DNA of 64,000 nt from an uncultured Clostridia bacterium (GTDB lineage Bacteria; Bacillota; Clostridia; TANB77; CAG-508). How positions within the stretch are numbered: the stretch's first letter is position 1; every line of letters starts with the position of its first letter. The stretch spans positions 2,395 through 66,394 of the forward strand of contig CAUWFE010000004.1 of NCBI GenBank assembly GCA_963558185.1, in the 5' to 3' direction. Shown here piece after piece: positions 49,365 to 59,334 of the stretch. The notes under the pieces are model-generated. The model searched no databases and was not told where the DNA came from. It was given only the letters and a program-made list of their open reading frames with translations. The position numbers and the translations under genes are program-made.

Positions 49365-49871
49365 ATGTTTGAAAATGTAGTAAAGTTTTTCAAAAAATTC
49401 TCTAAAGAAAATAAAGAGAATGCTAAAGATTCAAAAGATACAGCAAAAGAAAGACTACATCTTGTATTAATGCAAGATAGAGCAAATGTATCAGCAGACT
49501 TTCTAGAATTAATGAAACAAGAAATTATAGAAGTTATAAAAAAATATATAGATGTTGATGAAAATCAAATAGATGTAAGATTAACAAATAAAGTTAATAG
49601 TGATGGAACTAATGGAGCACCAGCATTATATGCAAACATTCCTATTATGAGTATAAAAGACGAAACAAGAAAAATGACAATTCAAAAAGATACAGGAAAA
49701 CATATTGAAGAAGAAGTAAAAGAAGAAAATCTAGAAGAAAAAGAAACTGAAATAAAAGAAGTTGAGAAAAAAGAGGAAAAAAAAGAAGATAACCAAGAAG
49801 AAGAAATAATAAATAAAGAAGATGAAGATACATCTTGTGTAGAAACAGAAGAAAAACAAAAAGAAGCATAA
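49365..49871 (+). CDS. minE: Cell division topological specificity factor MinE with a long E/K-rich C-terminal extension
   Basis: A MinE-like core (AKERLHLVLMQDRANVSADFLELMKQEIIEVIKKYIDVD...IDVRL) is followed by about 70 extra low-complexity acidic/lysine-rich residues. Confidence 0.8.
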   Translation: MFENVVKFFKKFSKENKENAKDSKDTAKERLHLVLMQDRANVSADFLELMKQEIIEVIKKYIDVDENQIDVRLTNKVNSDGTNGAPALYANIPIMSIKDETRKMTIQKDTGKHIEEEVKEENLEEKETEIKEVEKKEEKKEDNQEEEIINKEDEDTSCVETEEKQKEA

Positions 49872-49895
49872 AAGCTTTATTCAAGAAGGTGAAAA

Positions 49896-51002
49896 ATGAG
49901 AAAAAGAATATTTAAAAATATAGAATGGTCAATTTTAATTTGTACCATTTTATTAATTACAATAGGCTTTGTTGCATTGTTTTCAGCAACACAAGAAACA
50001 AATCATGAAGAATTACAAAAACAAATAATGTGGTTAATTATTAGCATACCAGTAGTAATAGTAGTAATTTGTATTGACTATGAAACAATTGCAAAAATTT
50101 CTCCAATATTTTATGGAATTATATTAATATTATTAGTAGGTGTATTATTTACAGAACCGGTAAATGGTGCGACAAGTTGGTTTAATCTTGGACCATTTTC
50201 AATACAACCATCAGAATTTGCAAAAATATTTGTAATAATAATGTTCGCTTTTGTAATAACAAAAATTCAAAGAAATGGTAAAGATGAAATAAGTAGACCT
50301 ACAAGATTATTATTGGCATTGTTAGTAGCAGTAGTACCAATATTGCTTATAATAAAACAACCAGACTATGGTACAGCACTTGCATTTTTTGTGGCAATTG
50401 CATTAATGCTATATGTTGCAGGAATAAAAAAGAGATATATTATCACATCATTACTTTTAGTTGCAATTGCTTTGCCAATTTTATACTTCTTTATTTTACC
50501 ACCACATGCTAAAACAAGAATAGATGTATTTTTAAATCCAAACTTAGATCCAAGAGGAGATGGATATAATATAATTCAATCAAAATTAGCAATTGGTGCA
50601 GGCGAATTATTTGGAATGGGATTATTAAAAGGAAATCAAACTCAATTAGGATTTTTATATCCAAAAACAACAGACTTTATATTTTCAGTAATAGGTGAAG
50701 AATTAGGATTTGTTGCAACAGCAGGAATTGTAATTTTATATGTAATATTAATTACAAAAGCTATTTATATAGCAAAAACAGCAAAAGACGATTTAGGTTC
50801 ATATATAGCCATGGGAATTGCAGGAATATTTTTATTTCATATGGTAGAAAATATAGGAATGACAATTGGACTTTTACCAATAACAGGTGTACCACTTCCT
50901 TTTGTGAGTTATGGAGGAAGCTCATTACTAACAAATTTAATTTTAATTGCATTATTATTAAATATAAGTGGAAGAAGGCAAAAAGCAATTTTTATAGATT
51001 AA
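49896..51002 (+). CDS. rodA: SEDS-family peptidoglycan polymerase (RodA/FtsW/SpoVE type)
   Basis: Polytopic membrane protein with SEDS blocks (QPSEFAKI, QPDYGTAL, TDFIFSVIGEELGF, LPITGVPLPFVSYGGSS). It follows minDE, as rodA does in Clostridia. Confidence 0.8.
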   Translation: MRKRIFKNIEWSILICTILLITIGFVALFSATQETNHEELQKQIMWLIISIPVVIVVICIDYETIAKISPIFYGIILILLVGVLFTEPVNGATSWFNLGPFSIQPSEFAKIFVIIMFAFVITKIQRNGKDEISRPTRLLLALLVAVVPILLIIKQPDYGTALAFFVAIALMLYVAGIKKRYIITSLLLVAIALPILYFFILPPHAKTRIDVFLNPNLDPRGDGYNIIQSKLAIGAGELFGMGLLKGNQTQLGFLYPKTTDFIFSVIGEELGFVATAGIVILYVILITKAIYIAKTAKDDLGSYIAMGIAGIFLFHMVENIGMTIGLLPITGVPLPFVSYGGSSLLTNLILIALLLNISGRRQKAIFID

Positions 51003-51118
51003 AGATAAAGGCGAGCAAAATTAACATATTGTTATTTTAGTTCGTCTTAAAATTTGATATTGTAGAAAGTGTGGGAATAATTACAATTTTCAAACTCAAA
51101 TTTGTGGATATAGGGGGA

Positions 51119-52102
51119 ATGAAACAAAAAATGGATTATATAAAAAAATTAAAAATAGGAAATGTAGAATTAGAAAATAATGTATTACTAGCACCAATGG
51201 CAGGGATAACTGATAAAGCATATAGAATTATAGCAAAACAGTATGGAGCAGGCTTAGTGTATACAGAAATGGTAAGTAGTAAAGGTTTATACTATAATGA
51301 TGAAAAAACAAAACTACTATTAGATACACAAGGAGAACAAAAACCAATTGCCATGCAAATTTTTGGAAGTGATGTAGAAACAATAAGCTATTCTGCAAAT
51401 TATGTTTCAAAATTAGCAGATATCGTAGATATAAATATGGGATGTCCAGCTCCGAAAATTGTCAAAAATGGAGATGGAAGTAAACTACTATTAGATTTGC
51501 AATTAGTAGGAAAATTAGTAGAAACCGCAGTAAAAAATTCATCTAAACCAGTAACTGTTAAAATTCGTAAAGGTTGGGATAAAGAACATATTGTAGCAGT
51601 AGAAGCAGCAAAAATAATTGAACAAGCAGGAGCATCAGCCATTACAATACATGGAAGAACAAGAAGTGAATTTTATTCAGGAATAGCAGATTGGGATATA
51701 ATAAAAAAAGTAAAAGAAGCAGTAAACATTCCAGTAATAGGGAATGGAGATATAAAAACAAAAGAAGATGCAAAAAAAATAATAGAACATACAAATGTTG
51801 ATGGAATCATGATAGGAAGAGCAAGTATGGGAAATCCATGGATTTTTGAAGAGATTATTAATTTTTTACAAGAAAAACCACAAAGAGAAATTAAAGATGA
51901 AGAAAGATTAGAAACTATATTAAAACATATTGAATTAGAAGTAAAAGAAAAAGGAGAAGTAACAGGAATAAAAGAATTAAGAAAAATTATGTCTGCATAT
52001 ATAAAAAATAAAAAAGATGCATCTACAATGAGAGAAAAGATTAATAAAATTCAAACAAAACACGAATTAGAAAAAGAACTTATAAACTTTTTCAATGAAT
52101 AA
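51119..52102 (+). CDS. dusB: tRNA-dihydrouridine synthase
   Basis: LAPMAGITDKAYR, DINMGCPAPKI, ITIHGRTR and IGNGDI. The start is uncertain (GTG 51071, ATG 51119 or ATG 51131). Confidence 0.85.
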   Translation: MKQKMDYIKKLKIGNVELENNVLLAPMAGITDKAYRIIAKQYGAGLVYTEMVSSKGLYYNDEKTKLLLDTQGEQKPIAMQIFGSDVETISYSANYVSKLADIVDINMGCPAPKIVKNGDGSKLLLDLQLVGKLVETAVKNSSKPVTVKIRKGWDKEHIVAVEAAKIIEQAGASAITIHGRTRSEFYSGIADWDIIKKVKEAVNIPVIGNGDIKTKEDAKKIIEHTNVDGIMIGRASMGNPWIFEEIINFLQEKPQREIKDEERLETILKHIELEVKEKGEVTGIKELRKIMSAYIKNKKDASTMREKINKIQTKHELEKELINFFNE

Positions 52103-52114
52103 ATTTATAATGAG

Positions 52115-52152
52115 AGAATAGATTAAAAATAGAGAAATCTATTCTTTTTTTG
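52115..52152 (+). terminator. Rho-independent terminator after dusB
   Basis: agaatagat (52115-52123) pairs with atctattct (52137-52145), followed by T7. Confidence 0.7.
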
Positions 52153-52166
52153 TAGGGGGAAAGTTT

Positions 52167-52775
52167 ATGAAAACAAAAAAGTTTTTTTTAATTGGTGTAA
52201 TCATAATTATAATAGCCATAGCAGGATTTTTTATATATTCAAGTTATAATTCTTCAAAAACAGGAAATACTACTATTAACAAAACAGAGGAACAATTGAT
52301 ACAAGATGTATTAAATATTAGTTTTTATAAAGCAAAGTTAAAAGTAAAGGTAACAAGTAATAAAAATGAAAATCAATATATTATAAAACAAGAAGTAAAC
52401 AAAAATGTTTCTACACAAGAAGTATTGCAACCAGAAAATATTTCAGGAATAGTTACTACATATGAAAATGGAAAATTAACATTATTTAATTCAAAGTTAA
52501 ATTTGAGTCAAATATATGAAGAATATTCATATATAGCAAATAATGATTTATGGTTAAATTCTTTTGTGAAAGAATATAAAGAAAATGAAGGAAATACAAA
52601 AATTTCTTATGAAGGAAATAACATAATATTAGAAGTACAAAAACAAGAAAAATATCACAATTCAAAAAAATTATACATAGATAAAAAAAGTGGAAAACCT
52701 GTAAAATTAATCGTACAAGATAATAACCAAAAGGAAACAATTTGCATAGAATATACTGAATTAGAAATTCTATAA
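52167..52775 (+). CDS. Hypothetical N-terminally anchored extracytoplasmic protein (202 aa)
   Basis: N-terminal TM (FFLIGVIIIIIAIAGFFIY) followed by a soluble domain. No family confidently recognised. Confidence 0.55.
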   Translation: MKTKKFFLIGVIIIIIAIAGFFIYSSYNSSKTGNTTINKTEEQLIQDVLNISFYKAKLKVKVTSNKNENQYIIKQEVNKNVSTQEVLQPENISGIVTTYENGKLTLFNSKLNLSQIYEEYSYIANNDLWLNSFVKEYKENEGNTKISYEGNNIILEVQKQEKYHNSKKLYIDKKSGKPVKLIVQDNNQKETICIEYTELEIL

Positions 52776-52844
52776 ATAGAAACTAATCAAAAATATATCA
52801 AAATATCAACCTTTAAATATACAAATAGTAGGAGTGATACACAT

Positions 52845-53195
52845 ATGGTAATAAAAAGAGGAGATATGTTTTATGCAGATTTAAGTCCAGTTGTAGGTTC
52901 TGAACAAGGAGGTATAAGACCTGTAGTAATAATACAAAATAATGTTGGAAATAAACATAGCCCAACAGTAATTGCAGCAGCAGTTACATCACAAACAGGG
53001 AAAAGTAAATTACCAACACATATAGAACTTGCATCAAATGGAAGTGGACTAAAAGAAGATTCTATAATACTTGCAGAACAAATAAGAACAATAGATAAAA
53101 GTAGATTAAAAGAGAAAATAGGGCATATAGATGATAATAAAATAATGAATCAAATAAATAATGCATTAGGAGTAAGCTTTGGATTAGATGATTAA
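52845..53195 (+). CDS. mazF: MazF/PemK/EndoA-family endoribonuclease toxin
   Basis: IKRGDMFYADLSPVVGSEQGGIRPVVIIQNNVGNKHSPTVIAAAVTSQ...AEQIRTIDKSRL closely resembles Bacillus EndoA (NdoA)/MazF. Confidence 0.85.
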   Translation: MVIKRGDMFYADLSPVVGSEQGGIRPVVIIQNNVGNKHSPTVIAAAVTSQTGKSKLPTHIELASNGSGLKEDSIILAEQIRTIDKSRLKEKIGHIDDNKIMNQINNALGVSFGLDD

Positions 53196-53202
53196 TTAAA
53201 AG

Positions 53203-53240
53203 AAAAATAGCAACCAACCCTTGCTATTTTTTCCTTTTTA
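53203..53240 (+). terminator. Rho-independent terminator after mazF
   Basis: aaaaatagcaa (53203-53213) pairs with ttgctattttt (53221-53231), followed by a T-rich tail. Confidence 0.7.
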
Positions 53241-53300
53241 TAGTACAATAGCCATGTGCAAAAGAGAATAAAATGTAGTAAATTAAAAGGAGCAAAAAAT

Positions 53301-54707
53301 ATGAAAATATATGCTAAATTAGCAGTAGGAATAATAATATTCATAATTGCCATATTTATACACACAACATGTTTTGCAAAAACAGTAACAGTAGATACTG
53401 ATACATTAAAACTAAGAGATGAGCCATCAACAGATTCGGCAGTAATTAGGTTATTATCAATAGGAGATAAATTAACATATATAGAAGAAGTAGAAGGATG
53501 GGTTAAAATAAAATTTGAAGGTTCTACAGGATATGTAAGTAAAGATTACGTAAAAATAGAAGGCGAAGAAAAACCAGAAGAAATACCAACTGGCAACGAT
53601 GAGCAAAAGCCAACAGAAGCACCAACTCAAAAACCAGCAGAAACACCAACTGATAATAGTAAGCCAAATTCAGAAGAAGGAACTACTGGGGAACAAACTC
53701 CAGCAACAAATAATGAACCTGATTCAGAAGGTGAAACAAATTCAACAACTAACAGCACAAAGTCATATCAAGTAAAAAGTGAAACAACATTATACATTTT
53801 GCCATTAATCAATTCTAGCAAACTAGTAACAATAAAAGAAAACACAAACTGTAATATTATTACAGAGCAAAATGGATGGGTATATATTCAAACAGATGAA
53901 ATAGATGCATGGGCAAGAAAAGATAATATAATAGAAATTGATGGTGTATCTAAAGATAATAATAACCCACAAAATGAGCCAGGAGATGATGAGCAAACAC
54001 CAAAAACACCAGATACAAATAATAATACAAATGATACGACAAGTTATAAAGAAAAAACAATGTATGTGTCAGAAGATTCAATATTTGTAAGAAGTGGTGC
54101 TGGAACAAATTTTGAAATTGTCGAATATTTATCTAAGGATGATAAAGTAACAGTAACAGGAGAAGAAGGCGACTGGTACATAATATCAATTGATGGGAAA
54201 AAAGGTTATGTTGCAAAATGGCTATTAACAGAAAATGCACCTACACTAACTTCAAGAAGTGATGTACATAGAGAAGAAGCACCAGCAAAAGTAGAAGAAA
54301 CAGCAAAACAAGAGTTAGCTACATCATTAGGAGTTGGAGAACAAGTAGTAGAATATGCAAAACAATTTTTAGGTTTACCATATGTATATGGAGGTTCTGG
54401 ACCAAAAAATTTTGACTGTTCTGGTTTTACAATGTATGTATATAAAAACTTTGGAGTATCATTAACACACTCTGCAACAGCACAGTCATTAAAAGGAACA
54501 TATGTAGCAAAAGAAAATTTACAACCAGGAGATTTAGTATTTTTTAAAGATTATGAAACAATGGAAGGGATAGGACATTGTGGAATATATATAGGAGAAG
54601 GAAATTTTATACATGCATCTTCAGGGACAGGATATTGCGTGAAAATTTCTACTTTATTAACAGGAAGTTACAATACAAGATATGAAACAGCAAAAAGAAT
54701 TATTTAA
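53301..54707 (+). CDS. SH3b-repeat NlpC/P60 (C40) peptidoglycan endopeptidase
   Basis: Signal/anchor, then three SH3b-like modules (LKLRDEPSTDS...GWVKIKFEGSTGYVSKDYV and others) separated by P/T/E-rich linkers. The C-terminal catalytic domain has DCSGFTMYVYKNFG and GHCGIYIGEGNFIHAS. The ATG at 53301 has AAAGGAG upstream. Confidence 0.85.
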   Translation: MKIYAKLAVGIIIFIIAIFIHTTCFAKTVTVDTDTLKLRDEPSTDSAVIRLLSIGDKLTYIEEVEGWVKIKFEGSTGYVSKDYVKIEGEEKPEEIPTGNDEQKPTEAPTQKPAETPTDNSKPNSEEGTTGEQTPATNNEPDSEGETNSTTNSTKSYQVKSETTLYILPLINSSKLVTIKENTNCNIITEQNGWVYIQTDEIDAWARKDNIIEIDGVSKDNNNPQNEPGDDEQTPKTPDTNNNTNDTTSYKEKTMYVSEDSIFVRSGAGTNFEIVEYLSKDDKVTVTGEEGDWYIISIDGKKGYVAKWLLTENAPTLTSRSDVHREEAPAKVEETAKQELATSLGVGEQVVEYAKQFLGLPYVYGGSGPKNFDCSGFTMYVYKNFGVSLTHSATAQSLKGTYVAKENLQPGDLVFFKDYETMEGIGHCGIYIGEGNFIHASSGTGYCVKISTLLTGSYNTRYETAKRII

Positions 54708-54735
54708 AAAACAGGGGCTTTAGGAAAGGCTAAAT

Positions 54736-57109
54736 ATGACATTATTTTATATTACAATTTCATATGTAATAGGAATTATTTGGGGACTATATGTGAAAAT
54801 CACAATAGTTCCACTTTTTATTTTAGGAATCATAGTATATAAATTTTTACCACACAAAATAAAAAGATATATAAAAGTATGTATACCAATAAATATAATT
54901 ATAATATGTATGATTTCATCTTTAATATCAAATACAATAATTATGTATAAAGAAAATACTTTTATAAACTTATATAAAAATATAAATCAAGAAGATGAAA
55001 TAGAAGTATTAGCAAAGATAGCAGGAGAAGCAAAAGAAAAAGAATATTATTATACATACGATATAGAAGTACAAGAACTTAATTCAAAAATTAAATCAGT
55101 AAAAGGAACACATCTATTATTAAAAGTAAAAAAAGAAGATAAAATATATCAATATGGAGACATAATTTTAATAAAGGGCAAATGGCAAGAGCCACAAGGA
55201 AAAAGAAATTATGGGGGATTTGATTATAAACATTATTTAAAAACACAAAATATATATGGAATAATCGAAACTAAACAAGAACAAATAAAAATAATAAAGC
55301 ATACAGATAGCATAATAAAACAAATAAATAAGTTAGCAAAAAAAATAAAAGAAAACATACATAAGATATTACCAGAAGAAGAGGCAAGTACATTAATTGG
55401 AATTGTAATAGGGGATACACAAAACTTAAACGAAGATATAAAACAAAACTTTAGAGATAGTAGCCTATCACATATGTTAGCTGTATCTGGAAGCCATATA
55501 GCATATGTAATTATATCAATTATGCTTGTTTTAAAATTAATAAAGTTCCCTAAAAGAGGAAGTTATTACATATTAATAATAGGGTTAATATTTTTTTCAT
55601 TACTAACAGGAGCAACAGCACCTGTGCTAAGAGCTTGTTTAATGGCTGGATATATTCAAATATCAGCATTATTATATAAAAAACCAGATTTTCTTACCAA
55701 TTTAAGTTTTTCAATATTATTACTTATAATAGTAAATCCATATAATGTATATAACATAGGGCTTCAGCTTTCATTTGCAGGAACTGTAGGCATTGTATTA
55801 GGTACAAAATATTTTAAACTTCCGCAAAGAAAGCATAAAATTTCAAACAAAATACAAGAGATGTTATGGATAACACTTTCAGCCAATTCTTTAATAATTC
55901 CAATAACAGCATATCACTTTCATACAACTTCATTCACTTTTTTAATATCAAATTTATTAGCATCAATAATAATAGAAATAATTACAATATTAGGTTTTTT
56001 AATTACCATATTATCATTTATATCTATTGAAATTGCTAAAATAGTTGTGATTCCAGAGAGTTTTTTAATAAAAATATTTTTAAATATAGCAAATTTTGTA
56101 GCAAATATGCCATTTTCAAAAATATGGATAGTAAGACCTAAAATAATTCAAATAATTAGTTATTATCTCATAATAACAATAATTATCTTTAAACAATTTA
56201 CAAAATCGAAAAAAATATTAAAAAAATATCAAAAATATATTTTAAATCACAGCAAGAAAATAATAATTACATTAATAATTATTATAATAATACCAATAAT
56301 TAAAATACCCAATAATAATCTATATATTCACTTTATAGATGTTGGGCAAGGTGATTCTACACTAATAAAAACGCAAAATAATAAAACTTTTTTAATAGAT
56401 GGAGGTGGAAGTAAAGATACTAAAAGCTTTGATGTGGGAGAACAAACACTAATGCCATATCTTTTAGATATGGGATTTAGAAAAATAAATTATATGATAA
56501 TTTCTCATTTTGATGCAGACCATGTTCGGTGGATTATTAACAATTTTAGAAAATTTAATAGTAGAAGAAGTGTGGATTTCAAAACAAGGAAAAAACTCAG
56601 AGAATTATGAAAAATTTTTGCAAATAGTAAAGCAAAAAAATATAAAAATAAAAATTTTAAAAGCAGGTGATAAAAACGAAATTGATGATATAAAATTTGA
56701 AGTTTTATGGCCAGAAAAAGAGCAAATTTCAGAAAATATATTAAATAATAATTCATTAGTAATAAAAATGAATTATAAAAAAATCTCTATACTATTTACA
56801 GGAGATATAGAAGCAATTGCAGAAAAAGAAATAATAAAAAAATATGGAAATAAATTAAAAAGCACTATTTTAAAAGTAGCACATCATGGCTCAAAAGGTT
56901 CAAGTATAGAAGAGTTTATACAATTAGTAAAACCTAAAATAGCAATAATAGGAGTAGGAGCAAATAATACCTTTGGTCACCCAGGAGAGATAGTACTACA
57001 AAGATTAAAAGAAAGTAATTGCAAAATTTATAGAACAGATATAAATGGAGAAATTATAATAAAAATAAATAAAAATAGCGAAGTTTCAGTTGATAAGATG
57101 ATAAAATAA
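54736..57109 (+). pseudogene. comEC: DNA internalization competence protein ComEC/Rec2 with a single-base frameshift in the metallo-beta-lactamase domain (or an assembly indel)
   Basis: The polytopic competence domain (SLSHMLAVSGSHIAYV) and the MBL start HFIDVGQGDSTLI, ISHFDADH lie in ORF 1. At catgttcggtgg (56521-56532) the frame slips. Removing one base gives DADHVGGLLTILENL, continuing into the 56510 ORF (VAHHGSKGS). Confidence 0.8.
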
Positions 57110-57186
57110 CTACTAAAATGTATAAATTAGTAAAAAATTACCATACTAAGTATAAGTAAACAATAAAGAAGGAAGATGATATTAAC

Positions 57187-57783
57187 ATGAAAAAATGGAT
57201 AATTTCATTAACAACAATTATGATGGTAATAATTTTAGGAGTTATTATAGGTGTTTTTATAGGTAATAAAGAAGCAGAAGAATCTAATATAGATAAAGAA
57301 AAAATTTTAGCAAAAACAAATATTGAAAATACGAATTCCCAAATTGCTAGTAATACAGTTATTGCAACTTCAAGTAATGAAGAAAAAACAACACCAAGTA
57401 CTATATGGGAAACAAAAATTGTGTATAACGACTGTGGACATACTATAGAAGAAAAAGGAGAAATACCTATAATATATGTTAATTTAACAGAAAAAGAATT
57501 AAAAGAAGAATTAAAAAATGAATGGGATATAAAAAATTTTTCAAAAGAAAATGTATCATTATTTAAATATCAACATGGAATTTGTAAAGAACACTATGTA
57601 TTAAAAGAAAAAGATGGATATATAGCAATTTATACATTAGATAAATATGGAAATGAGCATTTATCAGAAATAACAGATATTTCAGTTCAATATTTGCCAG
57701 AATTAGATTTAAAAAATTTAAAGGAAGGAATTAAAGTAATTGGAAAAGAAGCACTTAATGAAGCAATAGAAGATTATGAATAA
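57187..57783 (+). CDS. N-terminally anchored protein with a BofC C-terminal-like domain (tentative)
   Basis: N-terminal TM. The C-terminal half (...KDGYIAIYTLDKYGNEHLSEITDISVQYLPELDLKNLKEGIKVIGKEALNEAIEDY) parallels the layout of the Bacillus BofC C-terminal domain. Assigned from memory only. Confidence 0.4.
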   Translation: MKKWIISLTTIMMVIILGVIIGVFIGNKEAEESNIDKEKILAKTNIENTNSQIASNTVIATSSNEEKTTPSTIWETKIVYNDCGHTIEEKGEIPIIYVNLTEKELKEELKNEWDIKNFSKENVSLFKYQHGICKEHYVLKEKDGYIAIYTLDKYGNEHLSEITDISVQYLPELDLKNLKEGIKVIGKEALNEAIEDYE

Positions 57784-57879
57784 GAAAAGTGGCTTCGCCA
57801 CATGTGCATTTTGCTTTGCAAATATGCACAGGCTAAGGAAACTTAACCTTGTAATATAGCAAAAATCTTCGATTTTCCT

Positions 57880-57913
57880 ATATTATAAGAAAGGTATCCG
57901 TTTAAGGATACCT
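57880..57913 (-). terminator. Hairpin terminator for the 57920-58552 gene
   Basis: aggtatcc (57892-57899) pairs with ggatacct (57906-57913). The downstream sequence on the minus strand is T-rich. Confidence 0.5.
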
Positions 57914-57919
57914 AAAAAT

Positions 57920-58552
57920 TTATAAGATATTATAGCCAGTTAAATCAGGTTTGGCTACATCTTTATCTGTTAATTTATTAAATTCAAAGTTAGAAAATTC
58001 TACAGTACTAATAGTTTCTTTACCATCAATATCTGAATTTGAAACAGATTTTACTAAAGTACCATTTTCTTTATTGAAATATTGAACATTAGCGTTATTA
58101 ACTATCTTATAGCAGTCTTTACCATTCACCATTTCAGAAGAGATAAAAGATGAAAAAGTTAAAGTTATTTTGTCACTTCCCATAGTAGGTAATGGCATCA
58201 TTATAAAGTCCTCTCTAATTGCAGTAGTAGCAGTTTTTTCGGTTAGTGAAATAGTAATCATTTCATTAGATTTACTATTATACCATGTTAGTGAGCTACT
58301 ATCATTATTGGTAACTTTAAATGTATAATTGCCATCTTTGAATGCATAATCAATAGTTATAGGTTGAGAGTGATTGACATAACTTTTGGTTGTAAAAGAA
58401 TAATTTGTATAATTTTTAAATGTAGCTTGCTTATTAAAAATGTCATTAATTATACAATAATTTCGAAGGTAATAAATACCTACAATTAATAGAATTGATA
58501 GTAGAACGATTAAAATAATTACACTTAATTTTACTTTCTTTTTTTCTTTCAT
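57920..58552 (-). CDS. Hypothetical N-terminally anchored extracytoplasmic protein (210 aa)
   Basis: N-terminal TM (LSVIILIVLLSILLIVGIYYL), then a soluble beta-rich domain. No family recognised. Confidence 0.55.
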   Translation of the reverse strand: MKEKKKVKLSVIILIVLLSILLIVGIYYLRNYCIINDIFNKQATFKNYTNYSFTTKSYVNHSQPITIDYAFKDGNYTFKVTNNDSSSLTWYNSKSNEMITISLTEKTATTAIREDFIMMPLPTMGSDKITLTFSSFISSEMVNGKDCYKIVNNANVQYFNKENGTLVKSVSNSDIDGKETISTVEFSNFEFNKLTDKDVAKPDLTGYNIL

Positions 58553-58763
58553 AAAATAACCACCTTTCTATATTATAATCAAATCGTTTTAAAAATAATA
58601 TAACAAAGATAAAAAAATCAATATCTAAAAAAATTTTCCAACAAATTTCCAAAAATTTTGCAAAAAATATGTTGTATAATAAATAAGTATTTGAAACATT
58701 TAAATACATTAGAAGGGATATACATCATAAGAAAAGAAGATTCCAAAAGGAATCTCCTTTTCT

Positions 58764-59303
58764 TTAACTTTTCTTTTTTAAATATCCTTGTTTGAAAAAT
58801 GCTTGGAAGTACATAACAAGGGAAAATAATGTAGCAAATATAGCAACATAATAAATATAAATATCAAAATTAGTAGTCCAATTAAAGAACCTAATTGATA
58901 AAGAACAACCAATTGCAATGTAAAATAATACAGTAGCTAATTTGCCATACCAACGGCTAGATACAACTAAATCTTTTCCATAAAGGAAAGAAGCACCAGC
59001 AATCATAAAAACTTCTTTTAAAAATACAATAATAATCATCCAAATTGGTATAATTTCTTTAATAGTCAAAGAAACTAATATAGCAATTTGAGTCACTTTA
59101 TCTGCTAAAGGATCCATTAATTTACCAAAATCAGTAATCAAATTATATTTTCTAGCAATTGTACCATCTAATACATCTGTTAAGCCAGAAGCAATTAATA
59201 TAATTACAGCAGCTAAGTATTTTTCTTGCATAATTAAAATATAGATTATTGGAACTAAAATAAATCTTACAATAGTTAATAAATTTGGTATATGTTTTAA
59301 CAT
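58764..59303 (-). CDS. pgsA: CDP-diacylglycerol-glycerol-3-phosphate 3-phosphatidyltransferase
   Basis: PNLLTIVRFILVP N-terminus and the CDP-alcohol phosphatidyltransferase motif DVLDGTIARKYNLITDFGKLMDPLADKV. Confidence 0.8.
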   Translation of the reverse strand: MLKHIPNLLTIVRFILVPIIYILIMQEKYLAAVIILIASGLTDVLDGTIARKYNLITDFGKLMDPLADKVTQIAILVSLTIKEIIPIWMIIIVFLKEVFMIAGASFLYGKDLVVSSRWYGKLATVLFYIAIGCSLSIRFFNWTTNFDIYIYYVAIFATLFSLVMYFQAFFKQGYLKKKS

Positions 59304-59334
59304 TTTTTATTCCCCCTAAAAGTATGTTAAATAA

